Shown: positions 52,308 through 61,698 of the stretch, in pieces
Layout of the letters: each line of letters starts with the position of its first letter
Numbering within the stretch: position 1 is the stretch's first letter
NCBI GenBank assembly: GCA_963749075.1
Contig: CAVVLJ010000021.1
Span: 576,001 to 640,000 of the forward strand
Source: an uncultured Pseudomonadota bacterium
GTDB lineage: Bacteria > Pseudomonadota > Alphaproteobacteria > JACZXZ01
Direction: 5' to 3'
DNA: 64,000 nt
Notes under the pieces: generated by a model
Databases searched by the model: none
Told to the model about the DNA's origin: nothing
What the model saw: the letters and a program-made list of their open reading frames with translations, nothing else
Position numbers and translations under genes: made by a program

Positions 52308-53156
52308 TCACATCGCCGCCAGCTTCGCCCTCGCCGCCGCCGCCACGCGCGCGGTGACCGCGGCGATGTCGCTTTGCAGCTTGGCGAAGCCGGCGCTCTT
52401 CTCGACGGCGGCCTCCTCGAGGTAGAGCCCCCGGTTGATCTCGACTTGCACCGAGTGGCGCTCCTCGGCCGGCGAGCCGTAGCGCCGCACGATGGCGGCG
52501 CCCTTGTAGGGGTCGTTGAAGGCGACGCGGTAGCCGAGGGCGCGGAAGGCCTCGGCGAGAAGTTGGCTGAGCTCCGCGGCACAGCTCGTGCCGTCGAGGT
52601 CGCCGATGACGAAATCGGCGCGCCGCCGCCCGCTATCGGGGGTCATGGCGTTGCCCACCGACTTCATCGAGTGCCAATCGATGTGCCAGGCGAAGCCGAA
52701 GCGGCGGTGGAGGCCGTCGAGCGCCTCACCTAGGGCGCGGTGGTAGGGCCAGTAGACGCGCTCGAGGCGCTCGGCGACCTCGGCCACGCTGAGCTTGTCC
52801 GCATGCACCTCGACACCCGGCGTGAGATAGCGCCGCACCAGTCCCAGCCCCTTGCGCGTCTTGTTCGTGGGCCTGAGCGGTGCCGGCCAGGGCTCGGCCA
52901 GGAGCTCGCGGTCGAGGTCGTCGGGCTCGCGGTTGGCGTCGATGTAGCAGCGCGGGTAGTTGGCGTGGAGGAGCGTGACGCCGAGTGCCGGTGCCGCCGC
53001 CACCAGCTCGTCCACATAGGCGTCCTCGCCCTGGCGAAGGATGTCCTGCGGCAGCCGCACGCGCCAGTCGGCCGGATAGAAGCGCCCGCTGTGCGGCGAG
53101 TCGAAGAGCACCGGGGCGGGCTCGCACTCGGGCTCGAGAAGCTCGTAAGCTCGCAT
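52308..53156 (-). CDS. N-formylglutamate amidohydrolase
   Basis: DSPHSGR-YP, ED-YVD, D-NR, Y-PYH, IDWHSM, QVEINR-LY. Confidence 0.92.
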   Translation of the reverse strand: MRAYELLEPECEPAPVLFDSPHSGRFYPADWRVRLPQDILRQGEDAYVDELVAAAPALGVTLLHANYPRCYIDANREPDDLDRELLAEPWPAPLRPTNKTRKGLGLVRRYLTPGVEVHADKLSVAEVAERLERVYWPYHRALGEALDGLHRRFGFAWHIDWHSMKSVGNAMTPDSGRRRADFVIGDLDGTSCAAELSQLLAEAFRALGYRVAFNDPYKGAAIVRRYGSPAEERHSVQVEINRGLYLEEAAVEKSAGFAKLQSDIAAVTARVAAAARAKLAAM

Positions 53157-53173
53157 CTCGACCTCCCGCCCGC

Positions 53174-55228
53174 TCAGCGCAACGCCGCCGCGATGTTGCC
53201 GCCGTCGCAGGTGAGCACCGCACCCGTCGTCTTCTCGGCGAGCGCCAGCGAGACGAAGCATTGCGCCACGTCCTCCGCCTTGACCTCGCGCTCGAGCAGG
53301 TTGCCCGCCATATATTGCCGCTCCGAGAGGCCGCGCGCCTTCGAGCGCGAGGCGATCATCTCCGCCGTGAGGAGGCCCGAGCGGATGCGGTCGGCGTTGA
53401 CCGCATTGGAGCGGATGCCGTCCTTGCCGTAGTCGACGGCGTATTGCCGCATGAGGAAGAGGGTCGCCGCCTTGGGCAGCCCATAGGGGCCGAAGTCGGG
53501 GCCCGGGTTGACCGCCTGCTTCGAGGTGTTGAAGAGGAGGCAGCCGCCGGTCGCTTGCGCGCGCATGACGGCGACCGCGTGGCGCGCCACCGTCTGGTGC
53601 GCGAAGAAATTGAGCTCGAAGCTCTGGCGCAGCGTGGCATCCGCGACCTCGCCGATGCGGCCCTGCCAGGCCGCCCCGGCGTTCGACACCAGGATGTCGA
53701 GGCCGCCATAGGCCTCGCAAAGGCGCGCGAAGGCCGCCGCCACTTGCTCGCCATCGGTCACGTCGCAGGCGAGCGCCAAGCCGCCGATGGCCTTGGCGAC
53801 CGCACCTGCGAGCTCTCGGTCGCGGTCGAGCACCGCCACCTCGGCGCCCGCGGCGGCAAAGGCGGCGGCGGTCGCGGCGCCGATGCCGCTCCCCCCGCCG
53901 GTCACCGCGACGATGCGGCGCTGGAGCGGCTTCTCCGCGGCCTTGCCGAGCTTCGCCTGTTCGAGCGACCAGTATTCCATGTCGAAGCACTCGGCCTCCG
54001 AGATGCTCTCGAAGCGGCCGATGCGCTCGGCCGCGGCGATCACCTCGACGGCGGTCTCGGCAAGATCGCCGGCGACCCGCGCCTCCTTGGCCGAGGCGCC
54101 GAGTGCGAAGAGCCCGACGCCGGGCACGAGGATGACGCGCGGCACCGGATCGAGCTCCTTCTTCTTGTTTGCGGCCATCGCATTGTTGCGCGCGAAATAG
54201 GCGCTGTAGGCGGCCCGGTAGGCGGCAAAGGCGTCCTTGGCCGAAGCCGCGAATCCCGCGAGATCGCCGGCCGCGGGTGCGGGGAGGATGAGCGGCAGGC
54301 GCTTGGTGCGGATCACGTGGTCGGGCGTCACGACGCCGGCCTGGCCGTAGCGCTGGAGCTCGGCGCCGTTCACGAAGGCGAGCACCTCGGGCGTGTTGCG
54401 CAAGCTCATGACGAAGCGGGCGGTGCCGCCCGCCGCGCTCGCCGCGGGAAGTGCCGCGAGGCCGCGGAGGATGGGGGCGATCGCGGCGGCAGGAGCGACG
54501 CTCTCCGGCAAGGCCGCGCGGGCGAAGCTGCGGTTGGCGCCGTGTGCCAAGCGCTCCTCGGCGCGCGTCACGAGCGCGATCATGCGCTCATAGGCCTCGC
54601 GCGCCGTGGCGCCGAAGCTGAAGATGCCGTGCTTGGCGAGGATGAGGCCCTCGACCTCGGGGTCCTCCTCGTAGACCTCGGCGGCTTTCTTGGCCAGTGC
54701 AAAGCCGGGCATGATGTAGGGCACCACGGCGGCGCGCCGGCCGTAGACCTCGCGGCAAAGCGCCTCGCCCTCCGGCTGGTCGGCGAGTGCGAGCACCGCA
54801 TTGGCATGGGTATGGTCGATGAACTTGTGCGGCAGGAAGGCGTGCAGCAGCGTCTCGACCGAGGGATTGGGCGCGTTGCTGTCGAGGAGGTTGCCGCGCT
54901 GGGCATTGACCATGTCCTCGTCGGAGAGTGCGGCAAGCGCGCGCAGCTCGCGCAAAGGGCCGAGGCGGACCGCGGGCAGGCCTTGGGGCTCGATCGACGC
55001 CATGTCCCAGCCGCTGCCCTTGACGCGGAGCACCTCGACCTCGCGGCCGAGGAGATCGCGGGCTTGCGTCTTCAAGGAGGTGTTGCCGCCGCCGTGCAGC
55101 ACGAGCCGCGGCTCGGCGCCGAGGAGCCGGGTCGTATAGACCCTGAGGGCGAGCTCCGCCGCGACGCCGGCGGCGCCATAGCGCGCGCGCGCGGCCTCGG
55201 CATCGCGGTCGGACCACAGGCTCTGCAT
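53174..55228 (-). CDS. Bifunctional class II aldolase/short-chain dehydrogenase
   Basis: HGGGNTS-K, PSVET-LH, DHTH, TGGGSGIG, YGLPK. Confidence 0.93.
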   Translation of the reverse strand: MQSLWSDRDAEAARARYGAAGVAAELALRVYTTRLLGAEPRLVLHGGGNTSLKTQARDLLGREVEVLRVKGSGWDMASIEPQGLPAVRLGPLRELRALAALSDEDMVNAQRGNLLDSNAPNPSVETLLHAFLPHKFIDHTHANAVLALADQPEGEALCREVYGRRAAVVPYIMPGFALAKKAAEVYEEDPEVEGLILAKHGIFSFGATAREAYERMIALVTRAEERLAHGANRSFARAALPESVAPAAAIAPILRGLAALPAASAAGGTARFVMSLRNTPEVLAFVNGAELQRYGQAGVVTPDHVIRTKRLPLILPAPAAGDLAGFAASAKDAFAAYRAAYSAYFARNNAMAANKKKELDPVPRVILVPGVGLFALGASAKEARVAGDLAETAVEVIAAAERIGRFESISEAECFDMEYWSLEQAKLGKAAEKPLQRRIVAVTGGGSGIGAATAAAFAAAGAEVAVLDRDRELAGAVAKAIGGLALACDVTDGEQVAAAFARLCEAYGGLDILVSNAGAAWQGRIGEVADATLRQSFELNFFAHQTVARHAVAVMRAQATGGCLLFNTSKQAVNPGPDFGPYGLPKAATLFLMRQYAVDYGKDGIRSNAVNADRIRSGLLTAEMIASRSKARGLSERQYMAGNLLEREVKAEDVAQCFVSLALAEKTTGAVLTCDGGNIAAALR

Positions 55229-55346
55229 GCCGAACTCCGTGCTCAGGGGTGGCGGTCGCCTATCATATCGCACACTCGCCGGCCCTCTTCAGCCCGAAAC
55301 TTCGCACTAACCACAGCTAGCCATGATATGCGCTGTGCAAAGGCGC

Positions 55347-55478
55347 CTCGGACCGGCAGCGGCGCGTCCTTCGAGACGCTCGCTTTCGCTCGCTCCTCAG
55401 GACGAGGTCCAGTCTTTCTGCCACACACAAATCGACCTCATCCTGAGGAGCGCCCCAAAGGGGCGCGTCACGAAGGAC
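55347..55478. repeat. Second extragenic palindromic element (TCCTTCGAGACG...CTCCTCAGGA-GAGG type)
   Basis: Two inverted halves resembling a common alphaproteobacterial intergenic repeat. Confidence 0.75.
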
Positions 55479-55509
55479 CCACGGCGGAACTGCAAGCGTC
55501 CTTGCAGCA

Positions 55510-56007
55510 TCAGCCGCTTTTATCAATCCTCAACGGAGGCAGATGGTCGCGGAACTCGGCGAGCACGGCCTCGTAGAGGTTGCGCTTGAAGGCGACGGCG
55601 AGACGCGGCAGCGAGGCGGGCTCGGCCCAGCGCCAGCGGCTGAATTCCGGATGGTGGTCGCGCTCGAGGTCGATGTCGGAGTCCTCGCCGGCAAAGCGGC
55701 AGAGCAACCACTTCTGGCGCTGGCCGCGATAGCGCCCGCCCCACGCGCGCGCGCGCGTCTCCGGCGGCAGCTCGTAGACCAGCCAGTCGCGGCTCTCGGC
55801 CAGGATCTCGGCCTTGTCGGTGCCGATCTCCTCGGCGAGCTCGCGCAGTGCCGCTTCCGCCGGCGTCTCGCCCGCGTCGATGCCGCCCTGGGGCATCTGC
55901 CACGCGCCCGGCATGCCGATGCGCTCGGCGACGAAGACGAGGCCGGCCCGATTGACCAGCATGATGCCGACGCCGCGGCGATAGACCGTATCGTCATGGG
56001 CTGCCAT
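55510..56007 (-). CDS. rppH: RNA pyrophosphohydrolase
   Basis: YR-GVG, WQMPQGGID Nudix box, YRGQ-QKW. Confidence 0.93.
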   Translation of the reverse strand: MAAHDDTVYRRGVGIMLVNRAGLVFVAERIGMPGAWQMPQGGIDAGETPAEAALRELAEEIGTDKAEILAESRDWLVYELPPETRARAWGGRYRGQRQKWLLCRFAGEDSDIDLERDHHPEFSRWRWAEPASLPRLAVAFKRNLYEAVLAEFRDHLPPLRIDKSG

Positions 56008-56008
56008 G

Positions 56009-57256
56009 TCAGCTGCCGCTCCGCTGGCGCACCATGGCCGAGACCGGGGCCAGGGCGATCCCCTTGTCGGGCAGCGTCGCGGTCCAGGCCGCGACCCGCT
56101 CGATGGTCACCGGATAGGGAAAGCCCATGGCGATGCTGGCGCCCTTTGCCCGCGCCTCCTCCTCGACGGCCTCAAGCATCTGGTCGATGGCGGCGCGCGA
56201 GGCCTCGGTATCGATGATGCGCTCGTTGCTGGCCGCCGGCAATCCGAGCTTGTCGGCAAGCGCGCGGACGGCGCTGGCGCCCGCCGCGTGGCTGTCGAGG
56301 AAGAGGAGGCCGCGCTCCTTGAGCTCCTCGAGGATCGGCCACATGCTGCTGTCCGAGGCGGTGAAGCGCTGGCCCAGGTAATTGGTCGCTCCGACGTAGC
56401 CGGTGAAGCGCGAGAGCAGCCAGCTCAGCCGGTCGAGGTTCTCCGAGGGCGTGAGCACGGTAAGGAGGGCGTGCGGCCCGGCGTCGCCGGTCGAGAGGTC
56501 CTCCGCCTCCATGGGAAGGCTCATCAGCACCTCGTGCCCGGCGGCACGGGCGAGCGAGATGTACTCCTCGAGCCCATGGGCGTAAGGCGAGAAGGCGAGC
56601 GTGACCCCGCCGGGGAGCTCCTGGATTGCCGCCTCGGTCGCCGCCCCCGAGAGCCCGAGGTTGCCGATCACGATGGCGACGCGCGGCCGGCTGTCGCTCT
56701 TGTCGAAGGGGCGGGCGTAGACGCGCCAGGGGGCGCGGCCGTCGGGGGCGATGCGCGGCAGCGGCCCGGCCCTGCCGCGCTCGACGAGGCCGGGCGCCGG
56801 CGCCGGCACGAGGGCGAGCTGCGGCGGCGCCTTGGCGCTGGCGGCGGGCTTGCCGGGTGGGCTGCCGGCGGGACTGGCTGCGGGCGCCGGCGCTGCCGCT
56901 GGCGGTGCCGGCTCCGCTGCCGTGGGCGGGGCTGCTTGGGGCGCCGGTGCGGCCGGAGTTTCCTCCGCCGCCGGCTTCGCCGGCAGGGGAGGCGCCTCAG
57001 GCGGGGCAGCGGGCTCGGGCGCCGGCGCCGCCACCACCGCCGGCGCCGGTGCTGCTGCCGGCGCGGCGGGAGCCGGCAGCGGCGGCGGCAGGTGGACCCT
57101 CACGCGCGTCAGCGAGGCGGTCTGCACCTCGCCCGAGAGGGTCGATATCCAGAGCCAGGCAGCCACCTCGAGGACGAGCGCGAGCAGGACGACGATCGTC
57201 GCGCCGAGCGGGCTCAGCCGTCGATTCTCGTCCCTTCGCAGCCTGCTGCCATTCAC
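56009..57256 (-). CDS. Divergent polysaccharide deacetylase family protein
   Basis: VTLAFSPY, GHEV---PME, NYLG-RFT, FLDS; Ala/Pro linker. Confidence 0.88.
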   Translation of the reverse strand: MNGSRLRRDENRRLSPLGATIVVLLALVLEVAAWLWISTLSGEVQTASLTRVRVHLPPPLPAPAAPAAAPAPAVVAAPAPEPAAPPEAPPLPAKPAAEETPAAPAPQAAPPTAAEPAPPAAAPAPAASPAGSPPGKPAASAKAPPQLALVPAPAPGLVERGRAGPLPRIAPDGRAPWRVYARPFDKSDSRPRVAIVIGNLGLSGAATEAAIQELPGGVTLAFSPYAHGLEEYISLARAAGHEVLMSLPMEAEDLSTGDAGPHALLTVLTPSENLDRLSWLLSRFTGYVGATNYLGQRFTASDSSMWPILEELKERGLLFLDSHAAGASAVRALADKLGLPAASNERIIDTEASRAAIDQMLEAVEEEARAKGASIAMGFPYPVTIERVAAWTATLPDKGIALAPVSAMVRQRSGS

Positions 57257-57292
57257 GCGTCCGTCCTTGAGAATGCCCGCCGTGCTGCGGAC

Positions 57293-58750
57293 CTAATTGC
57301 TCGCCCGCTGGTTGAAGAGGGCGAGCCCGCGCAGCAGGTCGAGAGCGCGCGAGAGCTGGTAGTCCTGGTTCTCGACCGCCTTGTCGCTGTCGGCCTCCGT
57401 GGCGGGAGCGGCATGACCCGGGGCAGCAGCCGAGGGGGCAGCGGCACCATGGGCGGCAGTCCCAGGGGCCGCAGCGCCGGGGGCGGCAGCAGCCGGTGCC
57501 GCGGCACCGGGGGCGGCGGGTGCCGCCTTGCTCTCGGGAGCCGTCGCCTTGTTGGCCTTGTCCGGCGAGGCCGGCTGCTCGTCGGGGTTCGGCAAGGCGC
57601 CCTTGAGCTCGCGCTCGCTGGGGAACTCGGGCTGGGCGATCTGCTCGATCTTGGCCTGCTCGACCGCGATGTCCGGCTCGATGCCGCGCGCCTGGATCGA
57701 GCGCCCGGAGGGCGTGTAGTAGCGCGCGGTGGTGAGCCGCATGGCGCCGTGGGTGCCGAGCGGCACGATGGTCTGCACCGAGCCCTTGCCGAAGGAGCGC
57801 GTGCCGAGCAGCACGCCGCGATGGTGGTCCTGCAGCGCTCCGGCCACGATCTCCGAGGCGGAGGCGGAGCCGCCGTTGATCAGCACCACCATGGGCACGC
57901 CCGCCGCGAGGTCATGGCCGTGCGAATTGAAGCGCTGCACGTCCTCGGGGCGGCGCCCGCGGGTGGAGACGATCTCGCCGCGGTCGAGGAAATCGTCGGA
58001 CACCGCGACCGCCTGGTCGAGGAGCCCGCCCGGATTGTTGCGCAGGTCGAGGACGACGCCGGCGAGGTTCTTGCCGAGCTTGTCCTTGAACTTGGCCATC
58101 GCGGCCTTGACGCCGTCGTCGGTCTGCTCGCTGAAGGAGGAGATGCGGATGTAGCCGACGTTATCGAAGATCTGCGAGCGCACCGACTGGATCTTGATGG
58201 TGGCGCGCTTGAGCGTCACCTCGAAGGGCTGCTCCTTGCCGCGCCGGATGGTGAGCTTGATGGGAGAGTTCACCGGCCCGCGCATCTTCTCGACGGCATC
58301 CTCGAGCGTCATGCCGAGGACGGGCTCGTTGTCGAGCTGGACGATGAGGTCGCCCGGCTTGAGGCCGGCCTGGGCCGCCGGGGTGTCGTCGATCGGCGAG
58401 ACGACCTTCACGAGGCCGTTCTCCATGGTGACCTCGATGCCGAGCCCGCCGAACTCGCCGCGCGTCTGGATCTGCATGTCGCGGAAGCTCTTCGCGTTCA
58501 TGTAGCCGGAGTGCGGGTCGAGCGAGGTCAGCATGCCGTTGACGGCGGCCTCGATCAATTTGTCGTCATCGACGGGCTCGACGTAATCCTCCTTGACCTT
58601 CGAGAATACGTCGCCGAACAGGCTCAAGGCCCGATAGGTGTCGGCGCTGTTGCCTGCGGACTCGGTGCCGGCGTTCTGCGCCGAGCCCACGTCCCGGGAG
58701 AGAAGGAGGACGGCCGCCACGGCCGCCGCCGTCATGATGTGACGCATCAT
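57293..58750 (-). CDS. ctpA: S41 carboxyl-terminal processing protease
   Basis: LDPHS, GGLG PDZ, LDLRNNPGG, SASASEI, FGKGSVQ. Confidence 0.93.
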   Translation of the reverse strand: MMRHIMTAAAVAAVLLLSRDVGSAQNAGTESAGNSADTYRALSLFGDVFSKVKEDYVEPVDDDKLIEAAVNGMLTSLDPHSGYMNAKSFRDMQIQTRGEFGGLGIEVTMENGLVKVVSPIDDTPAAQAGLKPGDLIVQLDNEPVLGMTLEDAVEKMRGPVNSPIKLTIRRGKEQPFEVTLKRATIKIQSVRSQIFDNVGYIRISSFSEQTDDGVKAAMAKFKDKLGKNLAGVVLDLRNNPGGLLDQAVAVSDDFLDRGEIVSTRGRRPEDVQRFNSHGHDLAAGVPMVVLINGGSASASEIVAGALQDHHRGVLLGTRSFGKGSVQTIVPLGTHGAMRLTTARYYTPSGRSIQARGIEPDIAVEQAKIEQIAQPEFPSERELKGALPNPDEQPASPDKANKATAPESKAAPAAPGAAAPAAAAPGAAAPGTAAHGAAAPSAAAPGHAAPATEADSDKAVENQDYQLSRALDLLRGLALFNQRASN

Positions 58751-60078
58751 CCGCTTACCTTACCTTTGTGAAGTGCCAGCCACGGCAATGGGTTGATCGG
58801 CCGGCCGTTACGCCGCAACTCGATGTAAAGCTCGGGCTCGCCCGTCTCCTGCGGCCCCATCACGCCTACCGGCTCGCCTGCCAGCACCCATTGGCCGGCA
58901 ACGGCGTCAACCCGCGACATGCCCGCGAGCAGGGTATGATAGCCCTCGCTGTGCTCGATGATCAAGATTTGCCCGTAGCCGCGGAAAGCGCCGGCGAAGG
59001 CGACCTGACCGTCGTAGGGGGCCACGACCTCGGCCGCGGGGCGGGTCCTGATCGTAATACCCTTGCTGGTGCCGCCATAGGCGTCGGGCTCTCCGAACTG
59101 CTTTGCGATCTCGCCGCGCGCGGGCAGCGTCAAGCGGCCCTCGGCCGCGCTCATCGGGCGGATCGCCGTGGGAGCGCCCGGCGGCAGCGCTGCGAGCGCC
59201 TCGCCCTCGCCCGGGGCCTTAGGCGCTGCCTCGGCCGGCCCTTGCGGCTTCGGGTGGGCGAGCGCCTCGCGCGCCTTCTCCTCGGCTTCGAGGCGGGCCT
59301 TGCGCTCGGCCTCGAGGCGGGCCTTTTCCGCTGCCTCGAGGCGCGCTTTCTCCTCCGCCTCGATGCGCGCCATGAGATCGCGCAAATCCTTGGCCTCGGC
59401 GGCGAGCTTCACCACCCGGTCCTCGGCACCTTGGCGCTCCTTCTCGACGCCGAGGTAGAGCTCGCTCTTGCGCGCGAAGAGGGCGGCCAGGCGCTCATGG
59501 TCGCCCGTGAGCCTGCGCTCCGCCGCGGCCGCCGCCCGGCGCTCGGCCGCGATCTGCTTTTGCAGCGTGCGCAGCGCCTCGAGATCGGCGCGCAGCTTGC
59601 CCGCGCGCGCCTCGATCGCCGGCACCGCGGCGCGCAGCAGGAGGGCGCTCCGCAGCGTGTCGACCGGGCTCTCCGGCAAGGCGACGAGCGCCTCGGGGGG
59701 ATAGAGCGCCAGCCGCTCGAGCGTGCCGAGCGTCAGCGCCAGGCGCCCGCGCTCGCCGGTGAGCGCCCGGCTCTTCTCCGCCTCGGCGGTGCCGAGTGCG
59801 GCGAGCCTGCCCTCGAGCTCGCTGAGCTGATCCTCCTCGTCCTGCGTCGCCTTGGCCGCCGCGATCATGTTGCGCTGTACGTCCTCGAGCTCGCCGGCGA
59901 GCGCTGCCGAGCGCTTGCCGAGGTCGAGGGCGCGCGCCTTGTCCGCTTCGAGCGCGCGCTCCACGTTCTGCAGCGCCTCGGCGGGAGGCCTGCCGCCGGG
60001 CTCGCCGGCGGCGGCAGGCCCGGCCAGGAGCAGCATGGCCGCGAGCACGAAGACTGCGGCCGGCTCACGCGGAGGCAC
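58747..60078 (-). CDS. envC: Murein hydrolase activator (coiled coil plus degenerate M23)
   Basis: Signal peptide, long coiled coil, GYG-ILII-H, LY-ELR--G-P-NP; gpmI-envC-ctpA synteny. Confidence 0.88.
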   Translation of the reverse strand: MPPREPAAVFVLAAMLLLAGPAAAGEPGGRPPAEALQNVERALEADKARALDLGKRSAALAGELEDVQRNMIAAAKATQDEEDQLSELEGRLAALGTAEAEKSRALTGERGRLALTLGTLERLALYPPEALVALPESPVDTLRSALLLRAAVPAIEARAGKLRADLEALRTLQKQIAAERRAAAAAERRLTGDHERLAALFARKSELYLGVEKERQGAEDRVVKLAAEAKDLRDLMARIEAEEKARLEAAEKARLEAERKARLEAEEKAREALAHPKPQGPAEAAPKAPGEGEALAALPPGAPTAIRPMSAAEGRLTLPARGEIAKQFGEPDAYGGTSKGITIRTRPAAEVVAPYDGQVAFAGAFRGYGQILIIEHSEGYHTLLAGMSRVDAVAGQWVLAGEPVGVMGPQETGEPELYIELRRNGRPINPLPWLALHKGKVSG

Positions 60079-61648
60079 GCTCGTCTTCTGTCGTGAGGCT
60101 GGGCGCGCGCGCGGCGATGAGCGTATGCCCGGTCATGGCCGCCGGCTGCGGCAGGCCCATGATCGCGAGGATGGTCGGCGCCACGTCGGCGAGCCGTCCG
60201 TGCGCCAGCTGCTGCGCCCAGCTGGGGCCGTTCACCAGGACGAGCGGCACCGGGTTCGTGGTATGGGCGGTATGCGGCTGGCCGGACTTGGGATCGCGCA
60301 TCTCCTCGAGGTTGCCGTGATCCGCCGTGATGAGCAGGACGCCGCCCGCGCGCACGACCGCCGCCTCGAGCCGGCCCAGGCAACGGTCGACCGTCTCGGC
60401 TGCCTTGACCGCGGCGGCGAGGATGCCGGTATGGCCCACCATGTCGCCGTTGGCATAGTTCACCACGATGAGGTCGAAGCGGCCGCCGTCGATCGCCGCC
60501 ACCAGGCGGTCGGTCAGCTCGTCCGCCGACATCTCCGGCTTGAGGTCGTAAGTCGCGACCTTGGGCGAGGGCACCATGATGCGCTCCTCGCCGGGGAAGA
60601 GCCTCTCCTCGCCGCCGTTGAAGAAGAAGGTGACGTGCGCGTATTTCTCCGTCTCGGCGATGCGCAGCTGGCGCAGTCCCGCCCTGGCGATGACCTCGCC
60701 CAAGGTGTCGGAGAGATCCTGGGGCGGGAAGAGCGCCGGGAGGTAGCGGTCGAGTGCCGCCGAATAGGAGACCAGGCCGAGCGCTGCCGCGAAGGCGGGG
60801 CGCTCTTTGCGCGGGAAGCCGTCGAAGGCCGGATCGAGGAGTGCTGTGAGCAGCTGGCGCACGCGGTCGGCGCGGAAGTTTCCCATGAGGAGGCCGTCGC
60901 CCTCGGCGATGCCGCGGTAGCCGCCGAGCACGCTCGGCTTGACGAACTCGTCCGTCTCGCCGCGCGCATAGGCGGCCTCGATGGCGCCTCGCGCGTCCGC
61001 GGCGGGCACGCCCTCGCCTGCTGTGAGCGCGTCGTAGGCGAGCGCGATGCGCTCCCAGCGCTTGTCGCGGTCCATCGCGTAATAGCGCCCGCCGATGGTG
61101 CCGAAGCGCACGCCCTCGGTGCCGCGCAAGCTCTCCTCGAAGCGCTCGAGGAAGCCGAGGGCGCTCTTGGGCGGCGTGTCGCGCCCGTCGAGGAAGCCGT
61201 GCACCACGACCGCAATGCCGGCCCCGGCGAGGGTGCGGGCGAGGAAGGCGAGCTGGTCCTGGTGGGAATGCACGCCGCCCGGCGAGAGGAGGCCCATGAG
61301 ATGGGCCCGTCCCTTGCTCGCCTTGAGCTTGGCGATGAAGTCCCGGAGAAGCGCCAGCCCGGCAAGCGAGCCGTCGGCGATCGCGGCATCGATGCGCGGC
61401 AGGTCCTGCGTCACCACGCGGCCAGCGCCGAGGTTCATATGGCCGACCTCGGAATTGCCCATCTGCCCCGCGGGCAGGCCGACCTCGTGGGCCGAGGCGT
61501 CGAGCAGCGCATGCGGGCACTCGGCCACGAGCCGCCGCCACACCGGCATGCGGGCCTGGCAGATCGCGTTGTCCTCGCTGCTCCGGCGATAGCCCCAGCC
61601 GTCCAGCACAGAGAGGACGACGGGGCGGGGTCGGCGAGCCTCGGTCAT
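60065..61648 (-). CDS. gpmI: Cofactor-independent phosphoglycerate mutase
   Basis: LDGWG, QMGNSEVGH, AETEKYAHVT, DMVGHTG, ADHGN. Confidence 0.98.
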   Translation of the reverse strand: MTEARRPRPVVLSVLDGWGYRRSSEDNAICQARMPVWRRLVAECPHALLDASAHEVGLPAGQMGNSEVGHMNLGAGRVVTQDLPRIDAAIADGSLAGLALLRDFIAKLKASKGRAHLMGLLSPGGVHSHQDQLAFLARTLAGAGIAVVVHGFLDGRDTPPKSALGFLERFEESLRGTEGVRFGTIGGRYYAMDRDKRWERIALAYDALTAGEGVPAADARGAIEAAYARGETDEFVKPSVLGGYRGIAEGDGLLMGNFRADRVRQLLTALLDPAFDGFPRKERPAFAAALGLVSYSAALDRYLPALFPPQDLSDTLGEVIARAGLRQLRIAETEKYAHVTFFFNGGEERLFPGEERIMVPSPKVATYDLKPEMSADELTDRLVAAIDGGRFDLIVVNYANGDMVGHTGILAAAVKAAETVDRCLGRLEAAVVRAGGVLLITADHGNLEEMRDPKSGQPHTAHTTNPVPLVLVNGPSWAQQLAHGRLADVAPTILAIMGLPQPAAMTGHTLIAARAPSLTTEDERASA

Positions 61649-61698
61649 GGGCTTTATATAGGCCAAGGACGTGCCGGCGAACAGGGCTTTGCAGCCGC